A stretch of DNA of 62,842 bases, counting the filler, from Globobulimina sp. (lineage: Eukaryota), in NCBI GenBank assembly GCA_003354225.1. It is 53 parts of 53 records of this genome, joined end to end, with 100 filler letters (N's around TTAATTAATTAA, not from the genome) between each part and the next. Parts side by side here need not be neighbours in the genome. Positions count along the whole stretch, not along the records: positions 24,952 to 26,039 come from PIVH01023862.1; positions 26,140 to 27,227 come from PIVH01023863.1; positions 27,328 to 28,415 come from PIVH01023864.1; positions 28,516 to 29,603 come from PIVH01023865.1; positions 29,704 to 30,791 come from PIVH01023866.1; positions 30,892 to 31,979 come from PIVH01023867.1; positions 32,080 to 33,167 come from PIVH01023868.1; positions 33,268 to 34,354 come from PIVH01023869.1; 45 more parts are not named here. One strand, 5' to 3'. The position numbers were made by a program, and so were the translations under genes. The first letter of the stretch is position 1. The number at the start of each line of letters is the position of its first letter. The notes beneath the pieces were generated by a model. That model was given only the letters and a program-made list of their open reading frames with translations, made no database searches and was not told where the DNA came from. Positions 24,852-35,641 of the stretch are shown here, one piece after another.

Positions 24852-24951
24852 NNNNNNNNNNNNNNNNNNNNNNNNNNNNNNNNNNNNNNNNNNNNTTAAT
24901 TAATTAANNNNNNNNNNNNNNNNNNNNNNNNNNNNNNNNNNNNNNNNNNNN

Positions 24952-25980
24952 TAAAAAGAAAAAAGATGAAGAAAAAAAAAGAGTTAGAATCGAGCGAAGA
25001 TGATTTAAAATGGCGGCTATTTCCCTCCCATAAAAAGCCAAAAAAGAAATCAAAACAACAACAACAACAAAGTAATGATAATAGTGTCAATTCGATGTCA
25101 TTTAAAAGAAGAAAATTACAGTGGACAGATTTAAAAAACACACCGTCCAAACCATCCAATTCTGCACCGCCTACAAGAATCCCACATTGAAGCAAAAATG
25201 TTATGAGGAATGGTTTAAATTTCGTGTGAATGGTTTGAAGGCTGAAGGTGGCAAATTTGCAAAGGCGGAGAAATATAAGATCCCCAAAATGGAGCTATTT
25301 TTGATTAATTGGCTTATTGCGGCATTTCTTGGTTTTGAACAAGCCGCTGATTATAACATCGAATGGGCGCCGGAAGGATTTGACTCATCATCAGTTCATC
25401 AGAGAATTGCTCAGATTTTTAACACATTAAAACGATTAGAAAATATTACTTTGTATGGAAATATTGGCAAAGCAATGAGCCATTCGACATTCAAAAAGAT
25501 CTCCGCCGGTTTTGGTCGTACAAGGGATAAAAATTCAGAAATTAATATTTTATATAACAAATTGGTAAATGATGTAAATGGATATTTGGATCAAAATAAA
25601 GTTTATCAACAAGATTTTGAGAGAGTTGCTATGAACGCGACAACTAAAAAAATTAAATCATTACAAGGAAAAAATAAAAAGTGATCATTGGATAACACAT
25701 TGAAGGAATTATTAAATCCATTTAAAGAGATTGCAGAATTGGAAAAACAGCGAATCATCGAAGAGAGATGCAACCGACTTGAAAAAGAAAGAATTTCTCC
25801 AAATTATGCAAATAATAAAGAAAATTCTGCAGCATTTTCCCGTTCGAATTCGAATGTAAATGTGACAGAGCAACCACTTATTTTTAGCGCCGAATTGGAC
25901 GACATTGTATTTGGATATGCGATGAAGTATTTTGATGCAAAAACGTTTCTAAGATGCAAACGTTTCTAAAATGTATACAA
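24952..25980 (+). pseudogene. Disrupted gene (frameshift near 25112, in-frame TGA 25682-25684) ending in an F-box-like motif
   Basis: Three ORFs join if one A is added to gaaaatt and the TGA is read through. The tail reads LDDIVFGYAMKYFDAKTFLRCKR. Confidence 0.5.
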
Positions 25981-26140
25981 AACAAAATAAATATAAACAT
26001 AGAACAAAATCAAATTCGTCTTAAAGGACTTTGATGCTTNNNNNNNNNNNNNNNNNNNNNNNNNNNNNNNNNNNNNNNNNNNNTTAATTAATTAANNNNN
26101 NNNNNNNNNNNNNNNNNNNNNNNNNNNNNNNNNNNNNNNG

Positions 26141-27227
26141 CAAAAAAAGGCTGCGGCAAAAACACAAAAAGAAAATGACCATAAAATACTCAAAAAGGGC
26201 TATGATAACATCAACGACCAAAAAGATGAAAAAAATAATGATTCAGACTCCGATGATTATGATATGGAAGACGTCGACGAGGATAATGAGAGCAACGACG
26301 TCGACGAAGATGACATTGTTAAACGATTGACAAAACAACGAAAAATGGGCATTGATGAGGATAATCCGGATCGAATCGCCGCTGTCATCTTAACTCATCC
26401 GACGCCAATACCCTCCTCGCCGCATATTGCATTATTAGTCGATTACTGCACTGATTTTTTATTAGTTGGCTATTTACCAAACAAATCCATTCCAAATACT
26501 AATCCGGGTCCACCCGCTGGAATATCCCAAGTTATTCACGACAAAATCAGCAAACATTATACATTGTTGCGGAACAAGTTATATTTGCAAGAAATCCACA
26601 AATCCATCATTGATTTTTTCTATTTTATTGGCGTTATTTGCCAAATGATAGCCGTGGAAGAAATGTTTGTCGCCGCATTAATCGCAGTGTTTAACGGAAA
26701 TGTTGCATTTGTGACTGGTTCCGCAGACCGGTTATACTCGAAAATCAGATGTGAGGTCAATATGGAAAATGAAAATATTGTCACTAAGTTATACGAATTA
26801 TACTTAGGGAGCACTGACAAAACTATTCGCGAATCGCGCAGACGTATTCCATGCGGCTCATCCTTGAAATTGTCCATTATTTCACAGCTCTGCAAATCCA
26901 ACAGAGGCTGCAATGAGTTCCCTGGCTGTGTCAAGATTGTATTTGACAGTTTCTTTGGCCACAAAACCTACACAAAATTGAAATTAATGGGTTTGGAACT
27001 CACTCAGCAAATATTGCTAAATGGCAAAGAATCGCGCAAACTGCGAAAGTTAACGCCTGTCTTCAAAACCGGATTATTGAAATTAATAAAATTTAAACCA
27101 AATACGACGGACCAATTTGCGGAGCAGCAACAAATCAGAAATATGGCATACAGCACAGTGGGACAGTTGTCGTCGTTGGGCAGTGCACAGAAATTATTTA
27201 TTAAAAATTTAGATATATTGCGGCTAT
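26141..27227 (+). CDS. ECM29: Proteasome adapter/scaffold ECM29, internal fragment
   Basis: IVTKLYELYLG, LKLSIISQLCKS...FP..VKIVFDSFFG...TKLK, GLLKLI, MAYSTVGQLS follow the ECM29 N-terminal HEAT region in order. Confidence 0.85.
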
Positions 27228-27327
27228 NNNNNNNNNNNNNNNNNNNNNNNNNNNNNNNNNNNNNNNNNNNNTTAATTAATTAANNNNNNNNNNNNNNNNN
27301 NNNNNNNNNNNNNNNNNNNNNNNNNNN

Positions 27328-27418
27328 AAAAACTTGGAAGAAGTGATCGATTTGGTTAATTCCAGAAATTATGCAAATGCGTCCTGTATTTACACACAAA
27401 ATGGAGCGGTTGCCAGAG
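27328..27418 (+). other. Aldehyde dehydrogenase (methylmalonate-semialdehyde dehydrogenase-like) fragment fused to an unrelated gene
   Basis: Frame from 27328 reads KNLEEVIDLVNSRNYANASCIYTQNGAVAR, then similarity breaks off. Confidence 0.7.
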
Positions 27419-28090
27419 TCGAGTGGCTTGGATGCAATGATCAGTGAGATTGAATATTTGTGTCTGGAGAGAGAGCTTGAAATAATATACGCTTTGAATA
27501 GAAAACAGTTGAATTATATTTTAAAATTGCGACCATGGCAAGGCAACGTATCATGTGTTACGTTGTTGGACGTGGATATTTATAATGAAACATGGAAGCG
27601 AATTATTCAAATAAAACAAGCATTGAATGAACAATATTTAATGTGGCAGTATGATTTTATTCCAATATTTAGAGCGGTTTCTGCAAAGCCAAGATTTGTA
27701 CCGATGTATGAACAGGAAAAGGAATTGGAAAAGAAAAAGAAAATGGAAAAGGAAAAGAAGAAGGAAATTGAAATAGAAAAGAAAAAGCAGGAAATTGCAG
27801 TAGAAAAAGAAGAGAAAATACAAATAATAAACATGGTTAAGGGTAAGGATAAGGATAAGGATTATAAAAAAATAAAAGGGAGCAAATTAAGTGCGAAGGC
27901 AGTGCCGTTTGATCCAATGCAAACAAATTTAAATTGGCAACCAATGCAACAACAGCCAAATATTAATAATTTAGCAAATATAAATCAATTCCAAATGAAT
28001 AATATCAGTTTCACTCATATGCCTTTTACCAGCATGAATATGACTTTGGCAAATAATCCCTATATAAATAATAAACCCACAAAGAAATGA
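27419..28090 (+). CDS. SECISBP2: SECIS-binding protein 2-like L7Ae domain + C-terminal PAM2 motif, 5'-partial
   Basis: GLDAMISEIEYLC...IIYALNRKQL...VSCVTLL parallels SBP2 GLDD.L..II..A...FVFALNRKAL...VSVVGI. SKLSAKAVPFDP is PAM2-like. Confidence 0.72.
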   Translation, partial: SSGLDAMISEIEYLCLERELEIIYALNRKQLNYILKLRPWQGNVSCVTLLDVDIYNETWKRIIQIKQALNEQYLMWQYDFIPIFRAVSAKPRFVPMYEQEKELEKKKKMEKEKKKEIEIEKKKQEIAVEKEEKIQIINMVKGKDKDKDYKKIKGSKLSAKAVPFDPMQTNLNWQPMQQQPNINNLANINQFQMNNISFTHMPFTSMNMTLANNPYINNKPTKK

Positions 28091-28256
28091 TTCTACTGAT
28101 TGTCTTGTATTAAGATGTGTTTTGATTATATGTATATTAATCAATTATTTGTGCCATTTATTCTGAAATTTTATAACTTGGATATTAGCTTGCTTACACA
28201 AAAGATCTTTTTGCTTTATTTTTAAAAAAACTTTTAATCCAGAACTAAAATTAAAA

Positions 28257-28415
28257 ATGTCACTGTCAAAAGCCATACAATTTCGATTTTTAGCTGCTCA
28301 ATTAACAAAGGAAGAATTCCATCAATTTGTTGATTCCAATATTAATATTGTTCTTACTGCATTATTTAATCAAATTCGAAACGGATCAACAAATGAACAA
28401 CCTGAGACTGAGAAT
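28257..28415 (+). CDS. Hypothetical protein N-terminus
   Basis: ATG in an A-rich context, open to the contig end. Confidence 0.4.
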
Positions 28416-28516
28416 NNNNNNNNNNNNNNNNNNNNNNNNNNNNNNNNNNNNNNNNNNNNTTAATTAATTAANNNNNNNNNNNNNNNNNNNNNNNNNNNNN
28501 NNNNNNNNNNNNNNNA

Positions 28517-29220
28517 GGAAAAAAGTTGGATCATTCAAGCGCATCCTTTCGGAATGCCAGTGTTGGCAAAAGATTTAAAAAAGAAAAATGTTGCATTGAA
28601 GAGTACCAGCTGCAGTTTAAAATATATTTATACCCGAATGGAACTGATAAATATGATAAAGGATTCGTTCAATTTAAAGTCAAATTAGCCAACGTAGCGG
28701 ATAATATTGAATACGTTATACTTTATTTTAAATTATCCGAAACCAGAACAAATACACAATATCAATGCAGTAAAAAATTCGACGACTTTGAGAATATGAA
28801 CATGAATGTGATTGGATGGTATGAGCGCATATTAGCATTGCCCAGCTGTTCCATGCATAGTTGTTTGGAGTTTGGATACAAAATACAAGTCTTACGGGTG
28901 AAGCTGAAGGATAGTCTGAATAATACGGTGGTGGATCATTGCAAAAATGGTTTATTTGAGTTCCATTGTGTTGGATTGCAATGGAAAGTGCAGAAACATA
29001 TAGTTTCCACGTTCCAGCAGTATATTGGCAAGAAACTGATTTATTTTTATCATCAATTCAGTGAACACAATGACGCATTTTGTGTCTCGTTGCATTCTGG
29101 GCGGAATAAGACTATTTCTGTAACATTACATATATTCAAATTGCCGCCAAAAACAGATAGAGTACAGGTCATTTTTGAAGTGGCTGTTTGTGGGCTGAAG
29201 AGAGCATCGATTAAACGTAG
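28517..29220 (+). CDS. Tandem MATH-like domain protein, partial
   Basis: FKIYLYPNG...KGFVQF, followed by a second degenerate unit. Same pattern as 35642-36490. Confidence 0.7.
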
Positions 29221-29299
29221 TACGATGTTGGCCGCTCCAATCAGGGCGCCACCTGTTATCTCAAACTCACTCTTGCAATGCCTATATATGACATCATGA
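29221..29299 (+). pseudogene. Frameshifted ubiquitin-specific protease (C19) Cys-box fragment
   Basis: VGRSNQGATCYL, then one extra A at about 29263, then NSLLQCLYMT followed by TGA. Confidence 0.75.
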
Positions 29300-29762
29300 T
29301 CGTATCATAATTCACAAATTTAGCAATCAATAAATCCAAATTTAGAAATAATTACCAATTCATACAGCCAAAAACCACTTTCTCTAATTATAATCCTGTC
29401 ATCAATCCACATATCTGACATTTATCATCACAGTGATCACACATGTCTCAATCAATTAATAATTTAAGCATGTCCGGTTCAGAAAATTTGGCAAAACAAT
29501 TTGAGAAAAGTTTTATGATATTGACTAATTCCGATTTTTTTTTATCAACAAAACATAAAATTGGATTAAGTGAATACAAGTTTCAAATTTTAAATGAAAG
29601 TCANNNNNNNNNNNNNNNNNNNNNNNNNNNNNNNNNNNNNNNNNNNNTTAATTAATTAANNNNNNNNNNNNNNNNNNNNNNNNNNNNNNNNNNNNNNNNN
29701 NNNTCATGAAAAAGAGACAAATTATTAAATTTACAAAATATAATGCTGTTCTAAAGTATAAA

Positions 29763-30791
29763 TTATATCTCACCTTTTAAATACATAGTAAATACTTCCA
29801 ATGATCTCATCGGTTGTGTTTCTGGAATCATATGTCCCGCAGAATGAACTGTTATAAAATTAAATGCATTTTCAAATTTAACCATATAGCCACCAACTTG
29901 ACCAGTACTGTCAGTCCAAGCTTTCCAATTAAACTGCGGATTCACCGTGTAATTCATATTCCAAATCCATGATTGCGTGCCCAAAGTACCACAGACACTG
30001 TCATCGTCACCACTCACTATGGTAAGTCGCAAACCCTTTCCATTCTCAATTAACCATTGATACGTAGCTTCCATTGGATTCTGCATCGATTGACGCGAAT
30101 AATCAACTTTCACGGAGCAATCTGTCCAGATCGTCGGCCGTGCATAAATCGCCGATTGCACTGCCGGCTTATTCAAATATTCCACATTCCAATGCGACTC
30201 ACATGGATAATAATCCTGTGGAGGAAACTCAAAATCATCACCATCCGCAATGCCTAACTCCATCATTCTGCGTCTTTTCCCCAACCAATCCTCCAATTTC
30301 CGCACATATTCCGCATATATCCCAGGCACCGGCCGTTGCAATGCATCTTTAATGACATTCTTCATAAACCAAACCTTTTCAGTCAGAAAGTCCAAAGCAT
30401 TGCAAACAGGGAAGTCCAAAGCATACGGATCTATTTTATTGCCAATCTCAGCATTCATCTGTACTCTCGCAGCAGAACAGGCAGCGTTATTATCTCCAGC
30501 GCCATCCGCACATTTGTCATACCAGTGTTGCCACGTTGGATAGCTTACCAATTGGTGGCCATACCAGGTATCAAACTGTCCCTTCTCGTTTTCAACAGGG
30601 TCTGTATACGGATTGCTGTCAATGTAGGTGTTGGTGTTGATGTGTTGATAAAAGTATATTGCATAGGCATACCCAACAAAAAATCCTTTGAAATTTACTT
30701 CTGGTTTGCCTCCGGGTGCATTGCCTAAAACAATTTGCTGTGCGAGCGTGGGCATATAATGTCCGCCATAGGATTCAGATGTGATGTAAAA
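29763..30791 (-). CDS. Serine carboxypeptidase (S10), 5'-partial; 57-nt intron 30616-30672
   Basis: SESYGGHY, VG|NPYTD after splicing, SGDDDSVC, TVHSAGHMIP. Confidence 0.95.
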   Translation of the reverse strand, partial: FYITSESYGGHYMPTLAQQIVLGNAPGGKPEVNFKGFFVGYAYAIYFYQHINTNTYIDSNPYTDPVENEKGQFDTWYGHQLVSYPTWQHWYDKCADGAGDNNAACSAARVQMNAEIGNKIDPYALDFPVCNALDFLTEKVWFMKNVIKDALQRPVPGIYAEYVRKLEDWLGKRRRMMELGIADGDDFEFPPQDYYPCESHWNVEYLNKPAVQSAIYARPTIWTDCSVKVDYSRQSMQNPMEATYQWLIENGKGLRLTIVSGDDDSVCGTLGTQSWIWNMNYTVNPQFNWKAWTDSTGQVGGYMVKFENAFNFITVHSAGHMIPETQPMRSLEVFTMYLKGEI

Positions 30792-30891
30792 NNNNNNNNN
30801 NNNNNNNNNNNNNNNNNNNNNNNNNNNNNNNNNNNTTAATTAATTAANNNNNNNNNNNNNNNNNNNNNNNNNNNNNNNNNNNNNNNNNNNN

Positions 30892-31561
30892 AGTAACTAC
30901 GCGCCCAAAATCACGGGCATGTTGATCAAAATGGGCGACAAGAAAGCGCAGCAATGCATTGATGATCCCGCGTTTTTAGACGAACAAATCCAAATTGCCA
31001 AGAAATTATTAGTTGAGTACATGTATACAATTATTAGTTTTTTTTTTTTGTACACAAAACGTACACACAAACACCGCATTTTTTTTGCTGGACTTGTGTC
31101 CTCTGTATACATGTGTTGTATTTGTATTTATATTTCTTTTTTTTTTGTAGAATGTATCAAGTCCTCAACCCCCACAGACTGAAACTGACGCAAATACGTT
31201 ACATAAATCCGAATCAACTCCAAATATGGCATTATTGGCTAAAAATGTGAGTGATATCACTGACATGTCGCGGTTCTCAACGTTGAGTAATCTGAGTGTG
31301 CCATCATTGAATATGTTCAGTGCGCCGAACGTGTCCAATGTGAGTATACCTTCGCTGATTCCCAATTTATTGCCGGATATCAGCATGTATGCATTACCGC
31401 GGCCGCCGCCATCCGTGGTGCCTGTGGCAGTGATGAATGGTAATTGGATTGAATATGATCACAAATCGAACCGAAAGCCGGTGTATTTGAACCCAAATGC
31501 CATCAGTTGGAACCTTAATATTCTCGCAGATTCCGCAAATGCTAAAACAAATAATAATTGA
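30892..31561 (+). CDS. MLLE/PABC-domain protein with a C-terminal degenerate WW-like motif; intron 31012-31150
   Basis: APKITGMLIKM...DPAFLDEQIQIAKKLL; phase-0 GT-AG intron; GNWIEYDHKSNRKPVYLNPNAISW. Confidence 0.65.
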
Positions 31562-32080
31562 CATCATTTTGTGTATATTTATTGTCTCCAGTCCTTCACT
31601 TTTGTGTGCTTAGTTTTGTAGATTAAAGATTTTCGAATTTTAGCTTCTTTTTGCTTTTTCCCCTTTGATTTTGCCCTGAAACCCAATACTTTTCACTGTT
31701 AACTGTTTTTTTTGTTGTTTTTCAAGGTGACACAGGAAGGATTACCGAGTAGTAATGGCAGTGGATTATCACCAACAGCATTATTACAACAACATAGCGG
31801 ATCGCCCACCGCCACCACGCCATTAATGAACCGATTGACTGCCAATCCATTTGTAAATTCGCCAAACTCCCAATTGAGTACACCGACCAATAGATATCAA
31901 GCGTTGAATACAAAGCCGGTGACGCCCAATGCGAACATGATCCATTCGCCCAACAGCATCGGTTTAGTGAATGGGATGANNNNNNNNNNNNNNNNNNNNN
32001 NNNNNNNNNNNNNNNNNNNNNNNTTAATTAATTAANNNNNNNNNNNNNNNNNNNNNNNNNNNNNNNNNNNNNNNNNNNNA

Positions 32081-32338
32081 TGGACTCAACCGACCTCTCA
32101 ATCAGATGCAATATGTAAATCAGTATTAAATCCATTATCATTAATACATGGCCCTCCCGACACTGGTAAGACAACCACCTGTGCTCATTTAGTAAATGCT
32201 ATCATATTAACAAAAATGTGCACTTACTATGCATTACCTGACCATGCTATATTGACTTGTGTTGAATACATTTTTCTTAATAGCAAAGCCATTTTTAATG
32301 CAAGCAGTCAAGTAGTAAACGCAAATTTCGTTACATAA
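32081..32338 (+). pseudogene. Degenerate UPF1/NAM7-like SF1 helicase fragment
   Basis: SQSDAICKSVLNPLSLIHGPPDTGKTTT (Walker A with G>D); frameshift before SQ; early stop. Confidence 0.7.
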
Positions 32339-32972
32339 TTAACAAGCTACAAAGGATCGTTATCTTACAACAATATTATAAAAAAACAAATGATGGAGGA
32401 AATTAAGAAAACGCACCAAAATCAATTGTATTTTCCTCTTCTTCAGGCAGCGGTGTAGACTTTTTCTTTTTCTTTTTTTTCTTTTTCTTCTTCTTTTTTT
32501 TACCGTTTCTGGCCTCATCAACATCACCATTTCCATCAAAGACATCAATGCCGTTTCGTGCCTCTTTAGCATGCATATTGTCCTTTGTTTGTGTGTTGCT
32601 TTTTTTCCTTTTCTTTTTTTTTGTACTTTTGCCATGTGTTTCATTGTATGAATTCAATAGTTGCTGTACAAAAGCCACGATACTTCTTGGTAATGACCTA
32701 ACCGCTTCCAACAGTCGGTGTGCGTTCATCATAACTTAGTGCCGAATACGTGTGTACTGTTATTGACAATTAAGGTAGTACAGGAACTAGCAATTAGGAT
32801 TTGTATGACATGCTAATATAAGGCTAGATTAAAGAGAATCCAATGGAATTCCAAAATTCTTTCAACCCATAATAGCTGTGATTCTTAGGTATGTTTGTAC
32901 ATGAAATAAATTATGTTTCTGTTGTACATGATATTCAGAAACAAGAGCAAACACTACACGTTTTTGGAATTA

Positions 32973-33167
32973 TTGGTCTATAGATGCATCAAATGAGCTC
33001 GCAATATTAAATTTGAATAAAATTCTTTTGAGGCACGGACACATTCAATAAATACGAAACTTTCCAACAGAACAGATTTTTCATATATTGCTTTAAACGG
33101 AATTTTATTCAAAGGAATTTTATTCAAATTTAATATTGCGAGCTCATTTGATGCATCTATAGACCAA
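32973..33167. repeat. 59-bp inverted repeat with one mismatch (arms 32973-33031 and 33109-33167), MITE-like
   Basis: ttggtctatagatgcatcaaatgagctcgcaatattaaatttgaataaaattc and its reverse complement; the right arm reaches the contig end. Confidence 0.85.
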
Positions 33168-33565
33168 NNNNNNNNNNNNNNNNNNNNNNNNNNNNNNNNN
33201 NNNNNNNNNNNTTAATTAATTAANNNNNNNNNNNNNNNNNNNNNNNNNNNNNNNNNNNNNNNNNNNNATAAAGTCCTCATATTTAATTTTGTTTTTCAAG
33301 ATTTAAAAAAATGATTCATTGTGCTCTGAGCATGTTTGTTTATTGGTAAATTCATTTTTTTTGAATAATGTTTGGTTTTTTGAATAAAGTGCAAGGATAA
33401 AAAAGTAATTAATTGCATATTTTGCATGCGTTTTTCCAGCATTTCAAACTCCGCAGCTTGGAATTACGATTTTTATCCGTTTAACATTAAATTAAACTTT
33501 TTCTTCACAACAGTACAATAACTACAAAAAAAAAGGTACACTGTGACGTTTTATGTCTTGTTGCT

Positions 33566-34354
33566 ATGGCTATGGATCCGTCACAGACCCAGTTGGTTTG
33601 TCGATTATCTTTCATACTTTAGATAATAACTATAATTTATATGTATTATCTTAACAGCAATTACATGAAATGACAGAGAAATACAATGCGCTTCAACAAC
33701 GAACAAAGTTTTTAGAATTAGAGAAACAAGAATACGCCAAAGATTTACAACATTTGATTCTCAAAAAAAGTGAATCAGTATTTACAATCAAAGAATTAAT
33801 TCGTCAAAAAACAGCAACAGAAGAACGACACTCATCATTATCCACTGTAAGCAAATCAAATGCAGAAATGTTAGAAAATGAACATGACAAAAACCAACAG
33901 TTAAGATTAAAATTACAAGAAAATATGACAAAAATAAAGGTATTAACCAAAGAAAACGAAACCCTCAAACAAGCAAATAAAAAATATGAGTATGAATTGC
34001 AGCAAACAAATGAAATACGAATGAAACTTGAAAATGACAGCAAAAACAAAATAAAACAGCATCAACAACAAATTGCTGAAATTGAATTTTTAAAAACTGA
34101 AATCCATGCATTACAATCAGCACTGGCGCTGGCAAGCCAATATATTGACCATCACCATCATAATCCGACGACATTAGAAACAGTTGTTTCTGGCGCTGCG
34201 GAGGAGCCATCAGCTCCATTAATCCGACGACATAGCAAAGTTATTAATATTACTAGTACATCACAATTATTTAATTTATTTGGTGCATTGGATGCCAAGT
34301 CAGTCAAGTCAGGCAGCAGCGAGAATACGTCTGGGTCTTCGTATGCCTTTGCCG
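33566..34354 (+). CDS. Coiled-coil protein; intron 33596-33657, 3'-partial
   Basis: A phase-0 GTTTGT...AACAG intron links the ATG at 33566 to a long heptad-rich frame. Confidence 0.65.
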
Positions 34355-34478
34355 NNNNNNNNNNNNNNNNNNNNNNNNNNNNNNNNNNNNNNNNNNNNTT
34401 AATTAATTAANNNNNNNNNNNNNNNNNNNNNNNNNNNNNNNNNNNNNNNNNNNNGCAAACATCTGTGTTTTGGTCATT

Positions 34479-35541
34479 TTAATATTTGCTTTTGGCATGT
34501 CTACAATGTATACGACCTGTGAACATCCAACCGAGTTTTGTGTCTGTACAGTGCAAACCTGGCTTAAATTGAAATCTGTCTGTAAGTAGAAAATCTGTAT
34601 AATAGTCGCTACCGATAATTAGATCAATTTCGCATGTTTCGGCACGATTTGGTAAATAATCAGCTAAAGCTGTTGGAAAAAATGGTAAATGAATGTCGAC
34701 TGGATATCTTTGAATAATACATAAAATATCTGGAACTACATTGACAGTAATAATAATTGATTCACCCTTTTTTGACTGAATAAATAATTTAGCAGAGGGA
34801 GACTGTATTATTTTCGGCGTTTTTGTACCAAAAGTACGGACGGAAATTTCTGAAATTGGACCTAAATCCAAATGTAGTTTTTTAGCTAACTTTTCAGCTA
34901 TAAAACAATTGCTACAACCCGTATCGCATAAAAGTCTTTCAGCTTGATGTAAGTGAGTTTTATGGGGGTGTCCCATAATAGCAAATGCAGTAGGTAACAG
35001 TACAGCTTGTTCTGCAGGCACAGTCGAAGTATCTTCTATCTTTTTAGCACAAAAACCCATCACTGTATCACTTTTACTTTGTCCCGAAGTACTAAGAAAA
35101 GTAGTAGTAGCTAAATTAGCCTGTTTTTTCTCAGGCTCAGTTTGTTTTCGACTAAATTGTTTAGGACAAAGGCTACGATGATGATTTTTTGCTATACCAC
35201 AATAATAACAAGGTCTGTCATACCTGCATGATGATACAGAGTGTCCCTGACGCAAACAATTGTAACAGTTACTTTCAAGTCTGGCTTCTCTGTCATCCAA
35301 AGTAGGAAATGACTCACATTCGTCAGTCCAGTGCAATTCGTTACAGTAAAAGCATGTTCTGGGTGGGGGTCGTCCAGGTTGACCCGCAAAAAGTGCAACA
35401 CCAGTACTAATCGTAGGGGAACTTCTTGTATACCGTTCTGGTGTACTAAATTTTCGAAAACTTTGGGTAGGATAACTTCGACTTTCGGTTTTCGGCAAAA
35501 ATTGAGTAGGGGAATCAAAAGTTTTACTTGCTAAATTTGGC
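34479..35541 (-). mobile_element. BEL/Pao LTR retrotransposon gag zinc knuckles + aspartic protease
   Basis: CFYCNELHWTDEC, CYNCLRQGHSVSSC, CYYCGIAKNHHRSLC; LLCDTGCSNCFI; IDLIIGSDYY; TKLGW. Confidence 0.9.
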
Positions 35542-35641
35542 NNNNNNNNNNNNNNNNNNNNNNNNNNNNNNNNNNNNNNNNNNNNTTAATTAATTAANNN
35601 NNNNNNNNNNNNNNNNNNNNNNNNNNNNNNNNNNNNNNNNN

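Noticed and set aside
24824-25684. Genome-wide TGA reassignment, or selenocysteine at the two in-frame TGAs
   Set aside because: TGA ends conserved genes at the expected place (TM9SF IKSD-TGA at 43589-43591), Trp is TGG, neither TGA is in a redox Cys-like context, and the second gene also has frameshifts.
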